Source: the human T2T-CHM13v2.0 reference genome, Homo sapiens
DNA: 64,000 nucleotides
Reading direction: 5' to 3' (one strand)
Assembly: GCF_009914755.1 (NCBI RefSeq)
Contig: NC_060932.1
Shown here: positions 62,070 through 64,000 of the stretch, piece after piece
How the letters are laid out: each line of letters starts with the position of its first letter
Numbering within the stretch: the first letter of the stretch is position 1
Program-made: the position numbers and the translations under genes
The notes under the pieces: generated by a model
Told to the model about the DNA's origin: nothing
Databases searched by the model: none
What the model saw: the letters and a program-made list of their open reading frames with translations, nothing else

Positions 62070-62246
62070 GCAGAGAAAGACACTTAGCCAATAAAGAAAC
62101 AGATATTAGACTATATATTACTTAAAATTGGAGATACTATGTGGGAAGCAATCTATGCTGGGGATATCTGGACTCAGGAGAAAAGGAATGAGGAAATTAA
62201 TCAAAATCATCCGGGAATACTCGAGGCGTTCAACATTGCTACCTCT
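62070..62246 (+). repeat. Copy 2 of the ~170-bp local direct duplication
   Basis: Colinear with 54260-54430. Confidence 0.9.
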
Positions 62247-62568
62247 GCAGAGGCACCACTAACATTTGTGGGATATTCACTGCATGTTGGACTTTTGGAT
62301 GGAATTCCCTGTGACTGCTCCCCAGGGATTCCTCGGCTCCCCAACCCTCTAGCACCAGCCTGAATAGTTGTTTCTTTGTATGGTGTCACTTTCTTATATA
62401 AGAAGACAGACATATAAGGTAATTTTTTTTTCTCTTGCTCTCCTTCTCTTTTCCTCCTTCTTTTTAATGGAAAAGTACTTGTAAAAATAGAATAGTTGCT
62501 TTGGGAGTTTAGGTTGCTATACAGAATCCAGGATATTTATTTTAAGCAGGTCCATACAACAGTGGCAA

Positions 62569-62790
62569 TTTTTTTTTTTTTTTTTTTTGAGACAGAGTCT
62601 TGCTCTTGTTGCGCAGGCTGGAGTGCAATGGTGCAATCTCAGCTCACTGCAACCTCTGTCTCCTGTGTTCAAGTGATTCCTGCCTCAGCCTCCAGAGTAG
62701 CTGGGGTTACAGGTGCCGGCCACCATGCCCAGCTAATTTTTGTATTGTTAGTAGAGAAGGGGTTTCACCACATTGGCCAGGCTGGTCTCA
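62569..62790 (-). mobile_element. AluS, 5'-truncated
   Basis: Poly-T plus right arm and part of the left arm. Confidence 0.85.
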
Positions 62791-62861
62791 GCCAGCTTTT
62801 AAGATGTCTACTTTGGTAGACATTTAGTTAGTAAATTTCTAACTAAAAGAAAAGTAATGAT

Positions 62862-62925
62862 TGTGCCACTGCACTCCAGCCTGGGTGACAGAGCAAGACT
62901 CCGTCTCAAAAAAAAAAAAAAAAAA
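62862..62925 (+). mobile_element. Severely 5'-truncated Alu (~46 bp + A tail)
   Basis: Perfect TSD aaaagaaaagtaatgat at 62845-62861 and 62926-62942. Confidence 0.88.
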
Positions 62926-62957
62926 AAAAGAAAAGTAATGATAAACATGAAATTTAG

Positions 62958-63503
<546 letters not shown>

Positions 63504-63846
63504 CTTTATTAAATATTTTTAAACAAATAAAAATCCCTATGGACCAAGCCTTTTCTCAAACAATCAAAAGTCTTTAGTATGTGTTAGATTTAGACTCAAC
63601 AAAGTTACTTCAGTGGCATTAAAAGACATAGTTTTTCATGATAAAATAATTGTAAGTATTTCAACTCTCTCTGCGGAAAGCTTTTATGTAAGGTCATTCA
63701 ACAATAGAGGCTAAAATAGCCTCTTCCTGTTAAGGTTATATACAGATTCATTTCGTTTGTTTGTTTATGAACCATTTGTTTTAAACTCTAAATATTCTCC
63801 TCTTTGCACCAATACAAGTGGAACTCCAGCCAAGAAATAAATTGCG

Positions 63847-63986
63847 TGCTGGGTGCTGTGGCTCACACCTGTAATCCCAGCACTTTGGAAGGCTGAGGCA
63901 GGAGGATCACTTAAGGCTGAGAGTTCAAGGCTGCAGTAAGCTCTGATCATGCCATTGCACTCCACCCAAGCAAACAAAAAGAAAAA
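63847..63986 (+). mobile_element. Alu monomer/AluJ fragment
   Basis: Single-arm Alu-like sequence. Confidence 0.75.
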
Positions 63987-64000
63987 GCCTATGGAATTCA

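Overview
Primate (almost certainly human) genomic DNA from the DLC1 (ARHGAP7/STARD12) locus at 8p22, transcribed on the minus strand. The window starts at a HindIII site (AAGCTT), so it may be a clone end. The only host coding sequence I can support is the 37-nt first coding exon of the short main isoform (MCRKKPDTMILT, then a GTAAG donor; 7433-7469, minus). It lies in a CpG-island promoter (~7.0-8.5 kb) with GC boxes, a TEAD motif, a CCAAT box, a DR1 motif and two uORFs. Sequence to the left is intron 1 of that isoform. Sequence to the right is upstream of it and, from prior knowledge of DLC1, intronic to the longer isoforms. The rest is repeats: ~35 Alus, a nearly full-length dead L1PA with TSDs and an Alu in ORF2, a solo LTR12 with a 4-bp TSD, THE1D, MLT1/MLT2, MER53, MIR/L2, a Y3 RNA retrocopy and microsatellites. 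Nearly all ORF-track entries are Alu/L1/LTR or GC-rich artefacts. I found no convincing novel biological system. The best leads are the DLC1 5' leader architecture, the sense-oriented LTR12 with altered core motifs, a ~170-bp unexplained duplication, and an apparently reused L1 target site (Alu plus Y3). Repeat subfamily calls and boundaries are by eye and approximate.
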